This document shows positions 27,101 to 42,500 of a stretch of 64,000 bases of DNA, in pieces. The translations under genes were made by a program, and so were the position numbers. The notes under the pieces are model-generated. The model worked only from the letters and a program-made list of their open reading frames with translations, had not been told where the DNA came from and did not search any database. Positions within the stretch are counted from its first letter, which is position 1. Each line of letters opens with the position of its first letter. This DNA is from Cenococcum geophilum (lineage: Eukaryota). The stretch covers positions 5,456,001-5,520,000 of the forward strand of contig CP158636.1 in the NCBI GenBank assembly GCA_050273025.1, written 5' to 3'.

Positions 27101-30100
27101 GGGTTAGCCCTTATAGCTAATGTCTTATAGTTAGTTCGGATCTCCCTAATAAAGAAGGGCAACCTTAGTCTATCCTCTAGCTAGATAAACTATCTTTATT
27201 ATACGTTTAACTAAATATTAAAATAAGATATCTATTTTTATTTAAGGATTATATTATAGGACCCTAGGTCTAGGATGTAAAAGGGGATACTATATTAGCG
27301 TTATTCGTTAAGAGCGATATATAACTTTAAGATATAGGTAACGGGCCGACCGGCTTAGCTATTATAGCCTTTTACCTAAATAGGCTTCTCTAGTCGGATA
27401 GCTTCTATATTTAGAAACTTAGTAATATTATTTATATAGGCAGTATTTATAAAGGCAAAGCTATTTGCTCTAGTATTAATAAGGGCGGTTATATTAACTC
27501 TATATCTATTTTAAGATACTATATATAGAACTATAAAATACTTTCCACCCATTAACTGTAACGGCGCTATCGCACGTTACCTGCTAAATTCTGCCATATT
27601 CTGCCGATCTGCGATTGGCCCGCCCAAAGCTAGCGCCTTAGCGGCTTACCCTATATATTTGTTTACATCAGTCCTAGCGACCCCTTTTCCTTCTCTTTAG
27701 CTTAGTATCTTCGCAATATAGCATTCGTTTAAGCTTTGGTTTAGAGGCATTTGTTTAAGCCGTAATATTATACTAAGCTCTCCCTACCTTGCCTGGGAAG
27801 GCCTTAATAATATCCCACCCTAAAGAAACTTCGTCTGCAATGACGCATTAACACGCTATACTTAGACACTAAAACAACTCTATATTACCTGGGAAGGCCT
27901 AGATAATATCCCACCTTATAAGCTAGATAGGACTGGACCTATACCCCCGGAATTAAAACTAAAGCGTATAATACTAACAAACCTTAGGAAGCTAATAATA
28001 GCACCTAAAGTAAGCTTATTTAAGAGAGCTGCCTTTACCTAAAAGAAACCTAAGATCTAATTAGGATTAGAAATTAAAGATAATAATAATATTATAGACA
28101 TACGCGAGCAGATTCGCGCCCTTATAGCTAGCTAGGAAGCTAATTGTTTTAAAGCGAAAAATATATAAGAGACCCTATAAGAGATCCTAGAAAGCCTTAC
28201 GGCCCTATAAAATAGCCTAGCTTCCCTTTCTTAAAGCCCTAGCTAACCTATTTACTCTACTCAATGTGATATACTAGGGAGTACGGATATAATAATAAAG
28301 TAATTAAAGTCCGTTAAGCTCCCTAACCCCCTATTACTATCTAATAGGATAGACCCTACCTTTAAGAATTAGAGGATTTAAGTATAAGGAAAGCTCCGTA
28401 TTAACTATAACTATTTCCTTTCTAAAGAAGCTAAAATGCTCTACCTCTTTAGTCGAACCACTAGGGACGCCCAACGGCACCTTTAAGCTAAGTTTGAGGA
28501 CAACTCCCCTATCTAATTTATATCTATTAACGAGATAATATAGCACCTAGCGACTATCTATATTAACCCAAATAAAGTACAGGATGCCTGTTATAACTAT
28601 AATTACCTAATAATAAAACCGAACTAACCCTTTGCCAAATTCTAGACTTAATTCCTACACCTTACAGAAGAAGGCTAGGTTCCCCTTAAGAACTACTAAT
28701 TAGACCTATACAATAAGCTAATAATCCGGCTATAAGAAAAGATCGCTATAACCTTAAATAACCTACTAACCCACGAAAGACTTGTAGCTTATTACCTATT
28801 ATTAGATTTAGAACTAAAGCGGATTAACGCCTACCCTAATTAGTAGAAGCGACTCTATAATAATCGGAACTCGCTAGCTACACCTATAGGAGCTAAAGTA
28901 GGAAGATAAGTTACGACTGCTCTTATACTAAAGGCGGTTATAACTACGCACTAGCAAGCCTTACCCGACTAGCTATATACCACGCCATTAACTAGTATTT
29001 GCTATAATACTCTAATTAACCCTACCTCGGCTATGTGCTTTAACTGCAATAAATAAGGTTACTTTATCTTATTTTGCCCGGAGCTAAAGGATATAGGCGA
29101 TATTAAGGAGATAGAGGAAGGAGAAATGTCCGATAAGTTAGGAAAAGAAAAACCCTAGGGAAAAACTCCCCTCTAGGGTACCCTATCAATCTTAAAGAGA
29201 TTAATCTCAGTTAGTTAATAGGTGGAAAGTATTTCATGGTTCTATGTATAGTATTTTAAAATGGATATAGAGTTAATATAACTACCCTTATTAATACTAA
29301 AGTAAATGGCTTCGCCTTTATAAATACTGCCTATGCAAATAATATTACTAAGTTTCTAAACGTAGAAGCCATCTAACTAGAGAAGCTTATCTAGGTAAAG
29401 GGCTATAACGGCCAAGCCGGTCGGCCCGTTACCTATATCTTAAAGTTGTATATTACTCTTAATAGACGACGCTAATATAACATCCCCTTTTGCATTTTAG
29501 ACCTAGGGTCCTACGATATAATCCTTAGACGAAAATAGATATCCTATTTTAATATTTAGTTAAACGTATAAAAAAGACGGTTTATCTAGCCAGAGGATAA
29601 ACTAAGGTTGCCCTCCTTTATTAGGGAGATCTAAACTAACTATAAGATACTAGCCGTAAGGGCTAACCCTACCTACTAGCAGAATGTCCGAGCCTATAAC
29701 CTAGCCTTTACCTAAGAGAACGCCCGCCATAAAGCTAGAAAGAACTTTATACTAATAAAGATATTCTCCTAAAGCGCTATATTTAAAAAGAACTCTATAT
29801 ATAAAAGCGGGACAGATAATAATATAGATAATATCTAAATTATATAGATTTAACCGTTATGGAAAAGAATGTATTAATAGGATATAAGGGATAACCTCTA
29901 AAAAATGTAATAGGAGCTAAAAGGAGTAATAATAACGCTAGTACCCTAGAAGTCCCTAAAGTTATATACGCCCCTATTATTAGTTAACCCCCCTACTATA
30001 AATATTGCCGTAATTAACGCTATAGCGTTCTACTTTAATATATACTAAAAGGATAATAAGGTCTTTATAATAAGCCTATATAAAATTAACCGAATTATTA

Positions 30101-33100
30101 ATAATAGAGAGGAAAGGCTAGATAAGGAAACTAATAAGAAACTAGTTAAACGCTTTCTTCCTACTATTTATACAGGCTATAAGGATATATTCTTAAAGGC
30201 GGCCTTAAATAAGTTACCCCCCTACTAGATATACAATTATAAGATTTAATTAGAGGCTAATAACTCGCTAGGCTATAGCCCCCTTTACTATTAATTAACG
30301 GATAAGCTAAAAGTAATAAAGTAGTACTTAATTAACAACCTAGATAAAGGGTTTATTAAGCTAAGTTAAGCCCCTTTTACTTCCCCTATTCTATTTATAA
30401 AAAAGCCTAATAGAGGCCTTTGTTTTTATATTGACTATTAAAAGCTAAACGCTATTACTTAAAAGGACCGGTATCCTATTTCTTTAATTAACGAGACCCT
30501 TATATATTTAAGCTAGGCAAAGATCTTTACTAAACTTAATATCCGCCAAGCTTTCTACTAAATTAGGATAAACCCTATATCTAAAGATTTAACAACGTTC
30601 CGTACCTGCTATAGTTTCTATAAATATAAAGTTCTTCCTTTTAGACTAATAAACGGACTGGCTACGTACTAAAGGTATATAAATGACGTTCTTTTTAATT
30701 ACCTTAACGAATTCTGCATGGTATACCTAGACGACATTCTTATATACTTAGACGACAAACTTAAATATTAAGTTTATATTAAGAAGGTCCTAGAAAGACT
30801 ACGGAACGCAAGCTTATAAGTTAATATTAAGAAATACAAGTTTAGGGTAAAATATATAAAATACCTTGGGTTTATTATAACTATAAAAGGAATTAAGGTT
30901 AACCCTAAGAAGGTAAAGGTAATCCGTAACTGGAAGCCCCTTTATATAGTAAAAGAAATCTAGTCCTTCCTTAGTTTTTATAATTTTTACTGCTGGTTTA
31001 TCCGTAATTACGGAATTATAGTAAAACCTTTTATACAACTAACTAGGAAGGACACGCCTTTTATCTTTAATAATAGCTATATAGAGGCCTTTAAAGAGGT
31101 AAAGAATCGGCTTATCTCTTTCCTAATCCTTTATTACTATAACCCGGACTTTAAATTAATGCTAGAAATAAACGCCTCTAATAGGGTTATAGCGGGAATC
31201 CTATTACAGTTATATCTAGACAGCAAATAGTACCTTATAGCTTTTTTCTTAAAGATAATAGACCCGGCTAAGTATAACTATAAAGTATATAATAAAGAAA
31301 TGCTAGCTATTATTTAATTACTCTCCTAATAGCGCGTAGAGCTTAAAGGTACGAACTCCTAGATTAGGATATATATAGATTATAAAGCCCTAAAGTACTT
31401 TATAACTATAAAGTAGCTTATAAGGTAATAAGCCTAGTAGGCTAAAATACTCTTCTAATTCTTCTTTATAATTATATATTATTCTAGTAAGTAAAACTTT
31501 AAGGCTAATGCCCTAACCTAAAGAGAATAAGATGTAGGACCCTAGGATAAGCTAAAGACCTAATATTGGACGCGTGCCCTCTTCTATCTAGAATAGCTTA
31601 ACCTATAGATCCTTAAGGAGCTAGACTCCTAGTAAAACGAGCTAATACTAATAGAGGAGTCCTTAGATAAGCTAATAGGGCTAATTAACTACCTCCTAAC
31701 TGTAAACCGTACGGCTAACGCCTTAAGGGCCCTCCGTAAATAAGCTGTAAAAGAAACCCCTAATTTTAAAACGGAGGAAGGATTGCTCCTATACTAGGAG
31801 CGGCTTATAGTCCCTAACGTTAATAATCTATAGACTAAACTAATCCGCGAAGCTTATTGCTAAATCTCTATAATATACCCTAGTAAGAATAAGACCCGTA
31901 AAATTATTAACTGCCGCTACTACTAGCTAAGAATAGTTGCGGATATTAATTAATATATATAGAACTATAAAGACTACTAGAAAGCTATAATCCCACAGAA
32001 TAAAACCCTAGGACTACTTAAGCTACTCCTAATACTAGAGCGCCCTTAGTAGTATATCTTTATAGACTTTTATAAACTACTTAGGGACCGTAACGGATAT
32101 AATATAATTATAGTTATAGTTAACCGCTTTAATAAACGCCCGTTTTTAATTCCCTATTATAAGAATATTAATGCTAAAGAGGTAGCCTAGCTATATATCT
32201 ATTACGTCTACTAAATCTACAGACTACTAGATACTATTATATCCAATTATAGGCTATAGTTTATATTAGCCTTCTGAAATAAGTTTATCTAGATTTTAGG
32301 TATTAAGCTAAAGCTTTTTACGGCTTACTACCCCCAAACAGACGGCTAGATAGAGATTATAAATTAGTACCTAGATTAGAGGCTTAGGCCCTTTATTAAC
32401 TATTTCTAGGATAACTAGTTTAAACTACTACCCTTAATAGACTATGTGTAAGTAACCCTACCCTATAACTCTATAGGGTTTGCCCTAATTTAGCTAGAAA
32501 TAGAATACTTACCCCATATAAGCTTTAACTAAAAAAAGCTAGAAAAACCCTAAACTATATAAGAGAAGCTATTCTATACTAAGGCCCAATAGTACACCAA
32601 ATAATTAAAGGAAGCTTAGATGGTAGCCTATAAGAACCTAGAAAAAGCTTAAAGATTAATAGAATAGTAGGCGAATAGACACCATTAAAAGCCCGATTTT
32701 ACCCCTGGTAATATAGTCTAGGTTATAATAAGGAATTAAAAGACTAAATAACCTAGCCATAAGCTAGACTATTAGATAGTAGAACCGTATAAGGTTCTTA
32801 AGAAGATAGGCAACTTGTATAAGATAAAGCTCCTAGATTTAATTAGGGTTTACCCTATCTTTTTACTAAATAAGTTATAAAAAGCTATAAACAACCTATT
32901 ACCTAGATAAAAGAACAAGCCTCCCCTACTAGTTTAAGTAAATAATAATAATAAATAGGAGGTTAATAGAATACTAGCCTATAAGATAGTATGGGGAACG
33001 CTAAAATACTATATTTAATAAAAGGGCTATAATCCTAACCTAACCTAGTACCCTATATAGAACTTTATAAGCTACTCCTAGAAGCTTAAAGAATTTTATA

Positions 33101-33740
33101 ACTAATACCCTAATATACCTAGACCCTTAAAGTACCTAGATAAATAGATAAAATACTAGTATAATAAAGATAATAAGTTACCGGAAGAATATAGGGACAA
33201 AAACACTCTAAAGCCCTAATACAGCTATCTACCAAATTTTACTATATTCTGCCGTTTTCTAATAGTACTATAAAATTTCAGATATTTAGGAACTTTAACT
33301 ACCAGTTAAAGTTGTCTAATTAGTTAGATCCATATTAAGACTTTTAACGGCTACTCTTTCTAGCCTAGTACTTCTACTTAGCCTATAATTGCCCCTTATA
33401 CTTAGTCTAAACATACTTATATCTCCTTTATCTCCTTATCTTATATTTTATAATCCTATATTTATAAGCCTAGTACTACCCTATTTCTAACTAAGCCTAA
33501 GGGCAGGCTTTCTTTTAAAGAGGGGGGTGATATAATAGCGCTATCGCATATTACCTGCCAAATTCTGCCATATTCTGCTAACCTATAATTGGCCCGCCTA
33601 AAGCTAGCGCCTTAGCGGCTCACCCTATATATTTGTTTATATTAATCCTAGTAACCCCTTTTCCTTCTCTTTAGCTTAGTATCTTTGTAATACAGCATTC
33701 TATAAGCTTTGGTTTAGAGGCATTTATACGAGCCGTAATA
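21172..33740 (+). mobile_element. Composite of two same-family Gypsy elements (X and Y), nested and partly inverted
   Basis: Four ~210-bp LTRs: 21172-21381(+), 22833-23043(-), 27557-27767(+), 33531-33740(+); outer TSD ATACC (21167-21171, 33741-33745); gag 21600-22775(+), pol 23400-27556(-), complete gag-pol 27990-33220(+). Confidence 0.92.
25353..25546. mobile_element. Solo LTR (194 bp) inserted in the inverted pol copy
   Basis: TGTAA...TTACA termini; TSD TTTAC/TTTGC; absent from the homologous site at ~31222. Confidence 0.85.
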
Positions 33741-36700
33741 ATACCGTTTAGTAGACTCTTCGCCTAATAGGAGACTAGTAGCCCCTAGAAGTAGCAATCC
33801 TACTAAAAAGTCCTTAATAATTTTAACTTAATATACCGCGACTATAACCTGCTAGCTACTAACTAAGCTAAACTATATACCCTAAAGATAAGCCCTATTA
33901 AATTATTTAATAAATTCTATATTAAATTCTAGGAATATACTAGAGCCCTCGCCCGAAATAATATAAAAAACTAGAAAAACCTCCTTAAAAAAGTTACTTA
34001 TTGCCTTAGTTACGCAGCCGCCAGCTATAACTATAACGAGGTTTATAATATAGTAGCAGCTCTATAAAAGATTATATAACAACTAAATTAGATTATTATT
34101 ACTAACTTTTACCTAAAGACCTCTTTGTAGAAGCCCTTTAGGCCTACTAAACCCATATATACTAAGCTACTAATACCTACTACCTTAAGTACTACCAGAA
34201 CTAATATTAATTTCTCTATACTAACCTTTTTATAAAAACTCCTAGATAGAAAGCGCGAGCTACTTTAGAAACTAGGACGCTGCTATAGATACTATTAAGA
34301 AGGCTATTATTATAATAACCCAAACTACCTAATAGCTAGGTTTAGTAGCTACCGCCTAATACTTAACCTAATACCCTAAACACTAAATATATTACTATAC
34401 GCTACTACCATATAAGACGAAGACGTAGTAATAGTAGTAGAGTTAGATACGGAAACGGAAAACGCTAAGTCCTAGCCCTAAGTTATAGGTTAGGACGCCC
34501 TAATAATAGAGGGATCTATATATTGGCTTACTTAATAAATAACTTTATAAAGATAAATAGACGGAAATAGATAGTTTTACCTATAATAGGAACTATTGCT
34601 AAAAAATAATATAAAAGCCATTCTATAATTAATTATGGAGCTACTAATAAATTTATAGATACCAAATTTATGCGTATTTATAACCTACTTACCTTACCCC
34701 TTACTAAAGCCCGCGCCCTATAACTCGCTAATAGTAATTATACTATATAGAAGATTACCTATATAGTATAACTCTACCTAAATATAAATAGGCACCAAGA
34801 AGAACTTTAGGCCTATATTATACTACTTACTAACTACCCTATTATCCTTAGAATAAACTAGCTTAAATAATATAACCCCGCTATTAACTAGAAGAAAAAA
34901 GAAGTAACCTTTAACTCTAAATACTATAGAGAGACTTGCCTAAGGCATAGCCTAGCCACCTCTATTTACTCCCTAGGATATTAACCTAAGAAACCCCTTA
35001 TTACCCTACCTACAACTAACTACTACTACGTAAGTGCCTTAGCCTTCTACTGTATAATATATAAGAAAGGCTAAACCGTTATTATAGCTTCCTAATTACG
35101 ACTATATAAGCTTAATAAAGAATCGGACTATATCCTTTACAGTAATAGGATAGACATAGTCGATCTTTTAGAAGACGACGCCCTTACGGAACTTTACAGA
35201 CTTTTACCTTTAGACTTTAAGAAGTTTATAAAGCTTAAAAAAGGACTTACTAATAAAGAACTTCGTAAGCTCCTCCCTAAAAGGCACTATAACTTTACTA
35301 ATATATGCTTACAAAAGAGCGTAGATATACTCCCCCTATATTAACCTAATAACTATACTATTAATATTAAATGAGGAAAAATGCTATCTTATAAGAGACC
35401 CTACCTAATATTAAAAGACAAACTTCTAGTTATAAAAAAGTATATTAATAAGCACCTTAATAAAGAATTTATTCGTCCTAGTATATTACTAGCAGCCGCC
35501 CCTATTCTTCTTACTAAGAAACTAAAAGGAGGTATTTAATTCTATATTAACTATAGAGGACTTAACGCTATTATAATTAAAAACTAATACCTAGTACCGC
35601 TTATATATAAGACCCTTAAGCGGCTTAGTTAAGCTAAAATCTATACTAAGCTTAATATTATCGCCGCCTTTAATTATCTCTAAATACGGGAAGGTAATAA
35701 ATAGAAAACCGTATTCGCATTGCGCTTTAGCCAATTTAAATATACTATTATACCCTTTAGCGTATATAACGGCCTAGGCACCTTCTAAAGCTATATTAAT
35801 AACGCCTTATAGGACTACCTTAATGACTTCTACTCTACGTACCTAGACGACATACTTATTTATAGTAATAACCCCTCTAAGCATACTAAATACGTTTAAA
35901 AGGTCCTATAGCGCCTTAGGGATATAGGACTTTATATTAATTTAAAGAAATGCGAATTCTTAGTTATAGAAGTAAAATACCTTAAACTAATTATTACTAC
36001 TAAGGGTATTTATATGGACCCCAAAAAGGTATATATAATTACTAAACAGTAAGCCCCTAACTGTATTAAGGACGTATAAGCCTTTCTCGGTTTCGCTAAC
36101 TTCTATTAGAAATTTATATACAACTTCTTAGGCGTAGTAGCACTATTTATAGCAATAATACAAATAAAGGGCCTTTTTATAAAAGGAAGAAAAACGTACC
36201 TATACTTTACCTAGACGCCTAAATATGAGAAGGCGTTCTAAGACCTTAAAAATGCCTTTACTAAAGCACCTATCCTAGCTTACTTTACATTAGGATAATA
36301 ACTCTACCTTAAAACTAACTCCTTAGACTACGTTAACGTAGGTATCCTCTCTTAAATAGGTAATAATAGTCTTCTTTACCTAGTCACATTTTACTTATCT
36401 AAGCTTATACTATAAAAGTATAACTATAAGATCTATAATAAAGAACTCCTTATAATTATATAAGCGTTTAAAGAATTCTAACTAGAACTCTCTTTAGTAG
36501 AGCCTAACTAGCCAACTAAAGTCCTTAACTATAGACTATTGCAATCTTAAGTACTTTATAACCATAAAGTAGCGAAATTAATACTGAGTACATTAGAACG
36601 AGTTCCTCTTTAGTTTTAACTTTAAAATTATATATAGATTAAAAGTATAAGGTACTAAACCTAATAGCCTAATACGCCGCTTATAAGACCTTCCTTAGTC

Positions 36701-38922
36701 TAAAGATAACCCCTATAATTAGTTCTAATAATAGACAATCCTAAAAGCACAAAATTTGGCCCTAGGTATACTACCTATAATAAAGCTAACTATACCCTAG
36801 CTTTATACTACAGAACTAAAGTTACCTGCTAAAATTAATAAGCTTATTACTACGGCATATAACGCCTCTGTTAACTTATTACTATATTAACTTATTGCCG
36901 TAAAGACCTCTAGCGCCTATATACTGCCTAATAACCTCTAAAGCTTAGGCTAGATTAATATAGCAGCCTTAAAAGTAAAAAAAAACAGGCTTTATTATAG
37001 AGGCCGCCTATTTATCCCTAACTTAGAAAATCTATAACAGTAACTAATCTAAATGGCCTATGACCTCTAATTAAGCGGCTACCTAGGTAGAGGAGGAACT
37101 TATAAGCTTCTTAGCTAATACTACTTCTGGCTAAAAATAATAGACTTAGTTAAACGCTTTATAGGCGTTTACTATAGTTATAAGCGCGTTAAGGCCTTTA
37201 ATATAAAGTACTAAGAACTACTATACCCTCTACTAGTACCTATATAACGATAGGCAGATATTGCTATAAATTTCGTTATTAACCTACTACCCTATAAATG
37301 ATATGGCCGTACTTATAAGAACATCCTTATAACAATATACCGACTTATAAAAGAGCGCCACTATGTCCTAACTAAAGGTGTAGCCGTTAGCGATATTACT
37401 AACGCCTTCCTTTATAAAGTTTACTGACTATATAGGTTACCTAATTTGATTACGTCCGACTAAGATATATAATTTAACTCTAATATATAGAGACAAATCT
37501 ACTAACGCCTTAGCATCTCTATTAAGATATCTATATCCTTCTATTATAAAACTACTAGGTAATCGGAAAACGCTAATGCTAGTATAAAAGCGTACCTATA
37601 ATAGGTAGTCGCCTATAGTTAAAATAACTAGGTAAATTATTTCCTACTAGGTAAATTTATAGTGAATAACTATATCTTAACCACTATAGGACTTACCACA
37701 TTCTTCGCGAATAAGGGTTATTACCCCCAATCTGGTATAGAGCTACCAGAACCTATTAATAAGAAACTGCTATATAGAAAACGCCTTAAGATACTACTTG
37801 CTAACTAGCATATAGACTGTATAGAGAGTCTACTTAACTATTATAAGGGAGAAATGGCCTAGGCTTAAGCAAAGTAGGCCTACTTTATTAACTATTATAA
37901 AACGCTACTACCGGAGATGCGTGTTGGCGACTAGGTATAACTAAACACACGCAATATCTCTATATAGAGGCCTATAAAGTTACTTAATTACAAAAACCTT
38001 GGCCCCTATTTAATTAAATGAGTTATTAATAGGGGAGCCATATATAAGCTAGAACTCCTATCTACCCTAGCTACTTATGGGATATAGCCTATATTTTACC
38101 TATAGCTACTACACCTCTATTAGCCTAACCTATTACTAGGGTAGATATAGCCTAAACCCCTACTAGTACTAATTTAGGATAAGAATAAAGACGAGAACTA
38201 TAAGGAGTAGACCGTTAAACAAATTATTAACTCTAAATACTTTAGCAAAGGTAGAGGACGACGGCTCTACTATAGAGCTATATATATAGGATTTAACATA
38301 AATTAGCCAGAATAGTAACTATAGGAAGACTTTAAAAATGCAAAGGATCTAATTAGTGACTTTTACTACGTAAACCTATAGAAACTAGGCCTAAGCAGAG
38401 ACTTTATACCTAATCCTCTATAGAAGCCCTTATAGAGTTAAACCATTATATATTGCCACGTAAGGGCAAATTACTATTAGATTGCCGTTAGATTGCGGTA
38501 AAGTACGATTATATAACCGGAATATCGTTAAGATATCCAGAAACTTTAACCAGCAGTTAAAGTTATTTAATTGGTTGAATTTTTAGATGCCAAGCCCTAT
38601 TATATAATATTATTTTAAGCCTTTAGCAATACCCCCCTTTTCTTCTTTTCTATACCTTAAGTGTCCCTTCTATATATATATAGTAATCACAGCGTTACCG
38701 GAGCTCCGCCTCTATAAAAGGGGGGGTAATATTACGGAACCCTACCGTAGGGGCCTTTATAGGAGAGCCCCGTGCTCTTATATACACCTTACGTATAGCT
38801 TATATCAGCTACGCGTAGGTATATTACCTCCTTACGCCCTTAACCCTTACGATTAATCGCGTAATGTCTTATAGACTCCTTAAATACATACGCTTTATAG
38901 CTACTACCCCCGTCCCGTAACA

Positions 38923-39275
38923 CCGACCTTAAATTAACTTACGCAGCTTAAATAGAATGGGGTATACTATATATAGTAACTTCTAAAGACGGTTAGGTTA
39001 TAGAGTTCGCCTAAAAGGACGCTAATATAGTGCTTTTTATAAGCATAGTTGACGACGGTAAGTATTATATCCTATTTTGCACTTTATATACTAATAATAT
39101 TATATATCGCTAGGTCAATTAATAAAGAAAGCTAACTAAAAACGTCCTCTTTTTACCTAAACTAGTGCCCAAATAACTTGTAAAGTCTTTAGTAATAAAG
39201 TAGTTAAGACACTACGCATTCCTACCTTTATTTTCTACTATAATCTATATATAGGCGGTATAGATATTACGGATC
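38923..39275 (+). pseudogene. piggyBac-like transposase fragment
   Basis: De-RIPed EWGTLYAV..FAWKDANVVLFMSTV [intron] ..RKVFGD..YNLYMGGVDIAD, typical of fungal piggyBac DDD transposases; truncated after GVDIAD. Confidence 0.8.
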
Positions 39276-39502
39276 TATTAGCATTTTGTTAGGGTGCTAA
39301 AATCCTAGAGGCCTCCTAATAGGATTTTAATTATCCTAGAGGTCCTAAAGGTCCTAGTAGGCTCCTAATAGGCTTTTAGCAGGATTTTAATTTTCCTAAT
39401 TTTCCTAGTTATTCTAATAGGCTCCTACTAGGATCTTTAATTTTCCTAATCGTCTTATTAGGGTCCTATTAGGTCCTAATAGGAAATTATTATTTCCTAA
39501 TC

Positions 39503-42500
39503 CGTTATAGCTTATATAAATACCTCTAAACTAAAGCTTATAAAATGCTATATTATAAAGATACTCAGCTATATTATAAAGATACTAAGCTAAGGAGAAG
39601 AGGAGAGGTATATATAGGAGGTAGAGACGTAATATATACACATTATAACGCTAAGTCCTTAGCCAAACCCCTAACTAGGCTCCCTGTCTAGGTTATATAT
39701 TATAATACCATAATATTACCCCCCCCCCTTTAAAAAAAAGCCTGCCCTTAGGCTTTATTAGAAACGAAGTAAAACTAAAGAAAAGGAGATGTAAGTGTAT
39801 TTAGACTAGGTATATAAGGCGACCGTAGGTTATATAGAAGCGCTAAAGTGGAAAGGGTAGCCGTTAAAACTCTTAGCAAGGATCTAGCTAATTAAAGAAC
39901 TTTAACCGGCGGTTAAAGTTCCTAGATATTTAAAGGCCTCACGTAACGCGCAAATCTAGGTGGCCGTATGTTATAGTAGGCTTCGTTCCTTAGGCCTTAA
40001 GGCGTTCTTATCTCTATACTCTTCCGGTAACTTATTGTCTTTATTATACTAATATTCTATCTACTTGTCTAGGTACTTTAGGGGTTTAAGTAAGTTAGGG
40101 TATTAATTATAGAACTCTTTAAGCTTCTAGGGGCAGCCTATAAAGTTCTAAGCGGGGTACTAGGTTGGGTCTAGGTTATAGCCCTTTTATTAAATATAGT
40201 ATTTTAGCGCTTCTTATACTAGCTTATATACTAGTATTTCCTTAACTTCCTATTTATTGTCGCTACTAACTTAAATTGGTAGGGGAGGCTTGTTCTTCTA
40301 CCTAGGTAATAGGTTACTTATAGCTTTCTATAACTTATCCGGCGAAAAAATAGGGTAAACTCTAATTAAATCTGGGAGCTTTACCTTATATAAGTTGCCT
40401 ACCTTCTTAAAGACCTTATATAGTCCTACTATCTAGTAGTCTAGCTTACGGCTAGGCCGCTTAATCCTCTAATTATTTATTATAACCTAGACCCTATTAC
40501 TGGGCGCAAAATTAGATTCCCAGCGGTGTTTGTTTGCCTACTATTCTATTAACCTTTAGGCTTTTTTTAAGTTCTTATAGGCTACCATCTAGGCCTCTTT
40601 TAAGCGCTTGGCGTACTACTAGGCCTTACTATAAAATAGTTTCTCGTGTATAATCTGGGGTTCTTTTAGTCTTTTCTAGTTAAAGCTTATATGGGGTAAG
40701 TAGCCTATTTCTAGCTAAATAGGGGCAAACCCTATAGAGTTATAGGGTAGGGTTGCTTGGGTATAGTCTGTTAGGGGGAGCAGTTTAGACTAGTTGTCCT
40801 AAAAGTAGTTAATAAAGGGCTAGAGTCTCTAGTCTAAATACTAATTTATAATCTTTATCTAACTATCTGTCTAAGGGTAATACGCTATAGAGAGCTTTAG
40901 CTTAATGCTTAGGATCTAGGTAAACTCGTTCTAAAAGGTTAATATAAACTACGGCCTATAATTAGATATAATAGTATCTAGTAGTCTATAAATTTAGTAA
41001 ACGTAGTAGATATATAGTAGGGGATTAAAAATGGGGGCTTGCCGAAGTAGTTAACTAGGATCATAACTATATTATATCTGTTACGGTTTATAAGTAGTTT
41101 ATAAAAGTCTATAGAGATATATTACTAGGGGCGCTGTAACGTGGCCCGCCTCCACGTCGCCATACGGCCAAAAAGACTGAGAGTGCTTGCGAACTTGTCG
41201 CAAGCGCGGCGGGACCTAATATATATACTCTTACAGGCGCTCTAGTATTAAGAGCGGTTTTAGTAGTCCTGGGGTCTTATCTTATAGAATTATAGCTCTT
41301 TAGTAGTCGTCATAGTTCCGTATATATTAGTTAATATTTATAGCCATCCTAGGCTAGTAGTAGCGGCCACTAATAATTTTATAGGTTTTATTCTTACTAG
41401 GGTATACCATAGAGACTTAGTAATAGGCTTCGCGAATTAGTTTAGTTTATAGATTGTTAATATTAGGGATTATAAGCCGCTCTTAATATAGGAGCAATCC
41501 TTCCTCCGTTTTAAAATTAGGGTTTTCTTTTATAGCTTAATTATAGAGGGCCTTTAAGGCGTTAACCGTGCGGTTTATAGTTAGGAGGCAGTTAATTAGC
41601 CCTATTAGTTCGTCTAAGGACTCCTTTATTAGTACTAGCTCGTTTTACTAGAAGTCTAGCTCCTTAAGGATTCGTAGGTTAAGCTATTTAGGATAGAGAA
41701 GCGCGCGCGTCTGGTATTAGGTCTTTAGCTTATCCTAAGGTCCTATATCTTATTCTCTTTAAGTTAGGGTATTAGCCTTAGAGTTTTACTTACTAGAATA
41801 ATATATAATTATAAAGAAAAATTAGAAGAGTACTTTAGCCTACTAGGCTTACTATTTAGTAAGCTGCTTTATAGTTATAAAGTACTTTAAGGCCTTATAA
41901 TCTATATATATCTTAATCTAGAAGTTTATACCTTTAAGCTTTACACACTATTAGGATAGTAATTAAATAATAGCTAGCATTTCTTTATTATATATTTTAT
42001 AGTTATACTTAGCTAGGTCTATTACTTTTAAGAAAAAGGTAATAGGGTATTATTCGCCGTCCTAATATAGCTGTAATAGGATTCCCGCTATAACTTCGTT
42101 AGAAGCATTTATTTTTAATATTAATTTAAGGTTTAGGTTATAGTAATAAAGGATTAAAGAAGAGATAAGCCGCTCTTTTAACTCTTTAAAGGCTTTTATA
42201 TAGTTACTATTAAAGATAAAGGGTGTGTCTTTCTGGGTAAGTTATATAAGAGGCTTAGCTATAACTTTATAGTTATAAATAAACTAGTAATAGAAGTTAT
42301 AAAAACTAAGGAAGGACTAGATCCCTTTTATAGTATAAAGGGGTTTCTAGTTATAGATTACTTTAACCTTCTTAAAATTAACTTTAATTCCTTCTATAGT
42401 AATAATAAACCTAAGGTACATTATATATTTTACTTTAAATTTGCATTTCTTAATATTAACTTATAAGCCTACGTTCTATAGTCTCTCTAGGACCTTCTTT

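Larger units (their letters stand above)
20371..38922 (+). mobile_element. Chromoviral Gypsy C (5' end outside window), interrupted by 21172-33740
   Basis: gag RHPDPPVFQGDRKKY..GRMEGIP continues after the ATACC TSD; protease (~34625); RT YLDDILIY (~35840); RNase H, integrase, chromodomain (~38200-38400); PPT 38716-38726; 3' LTR 38730-38922. Confidence 0.88.
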
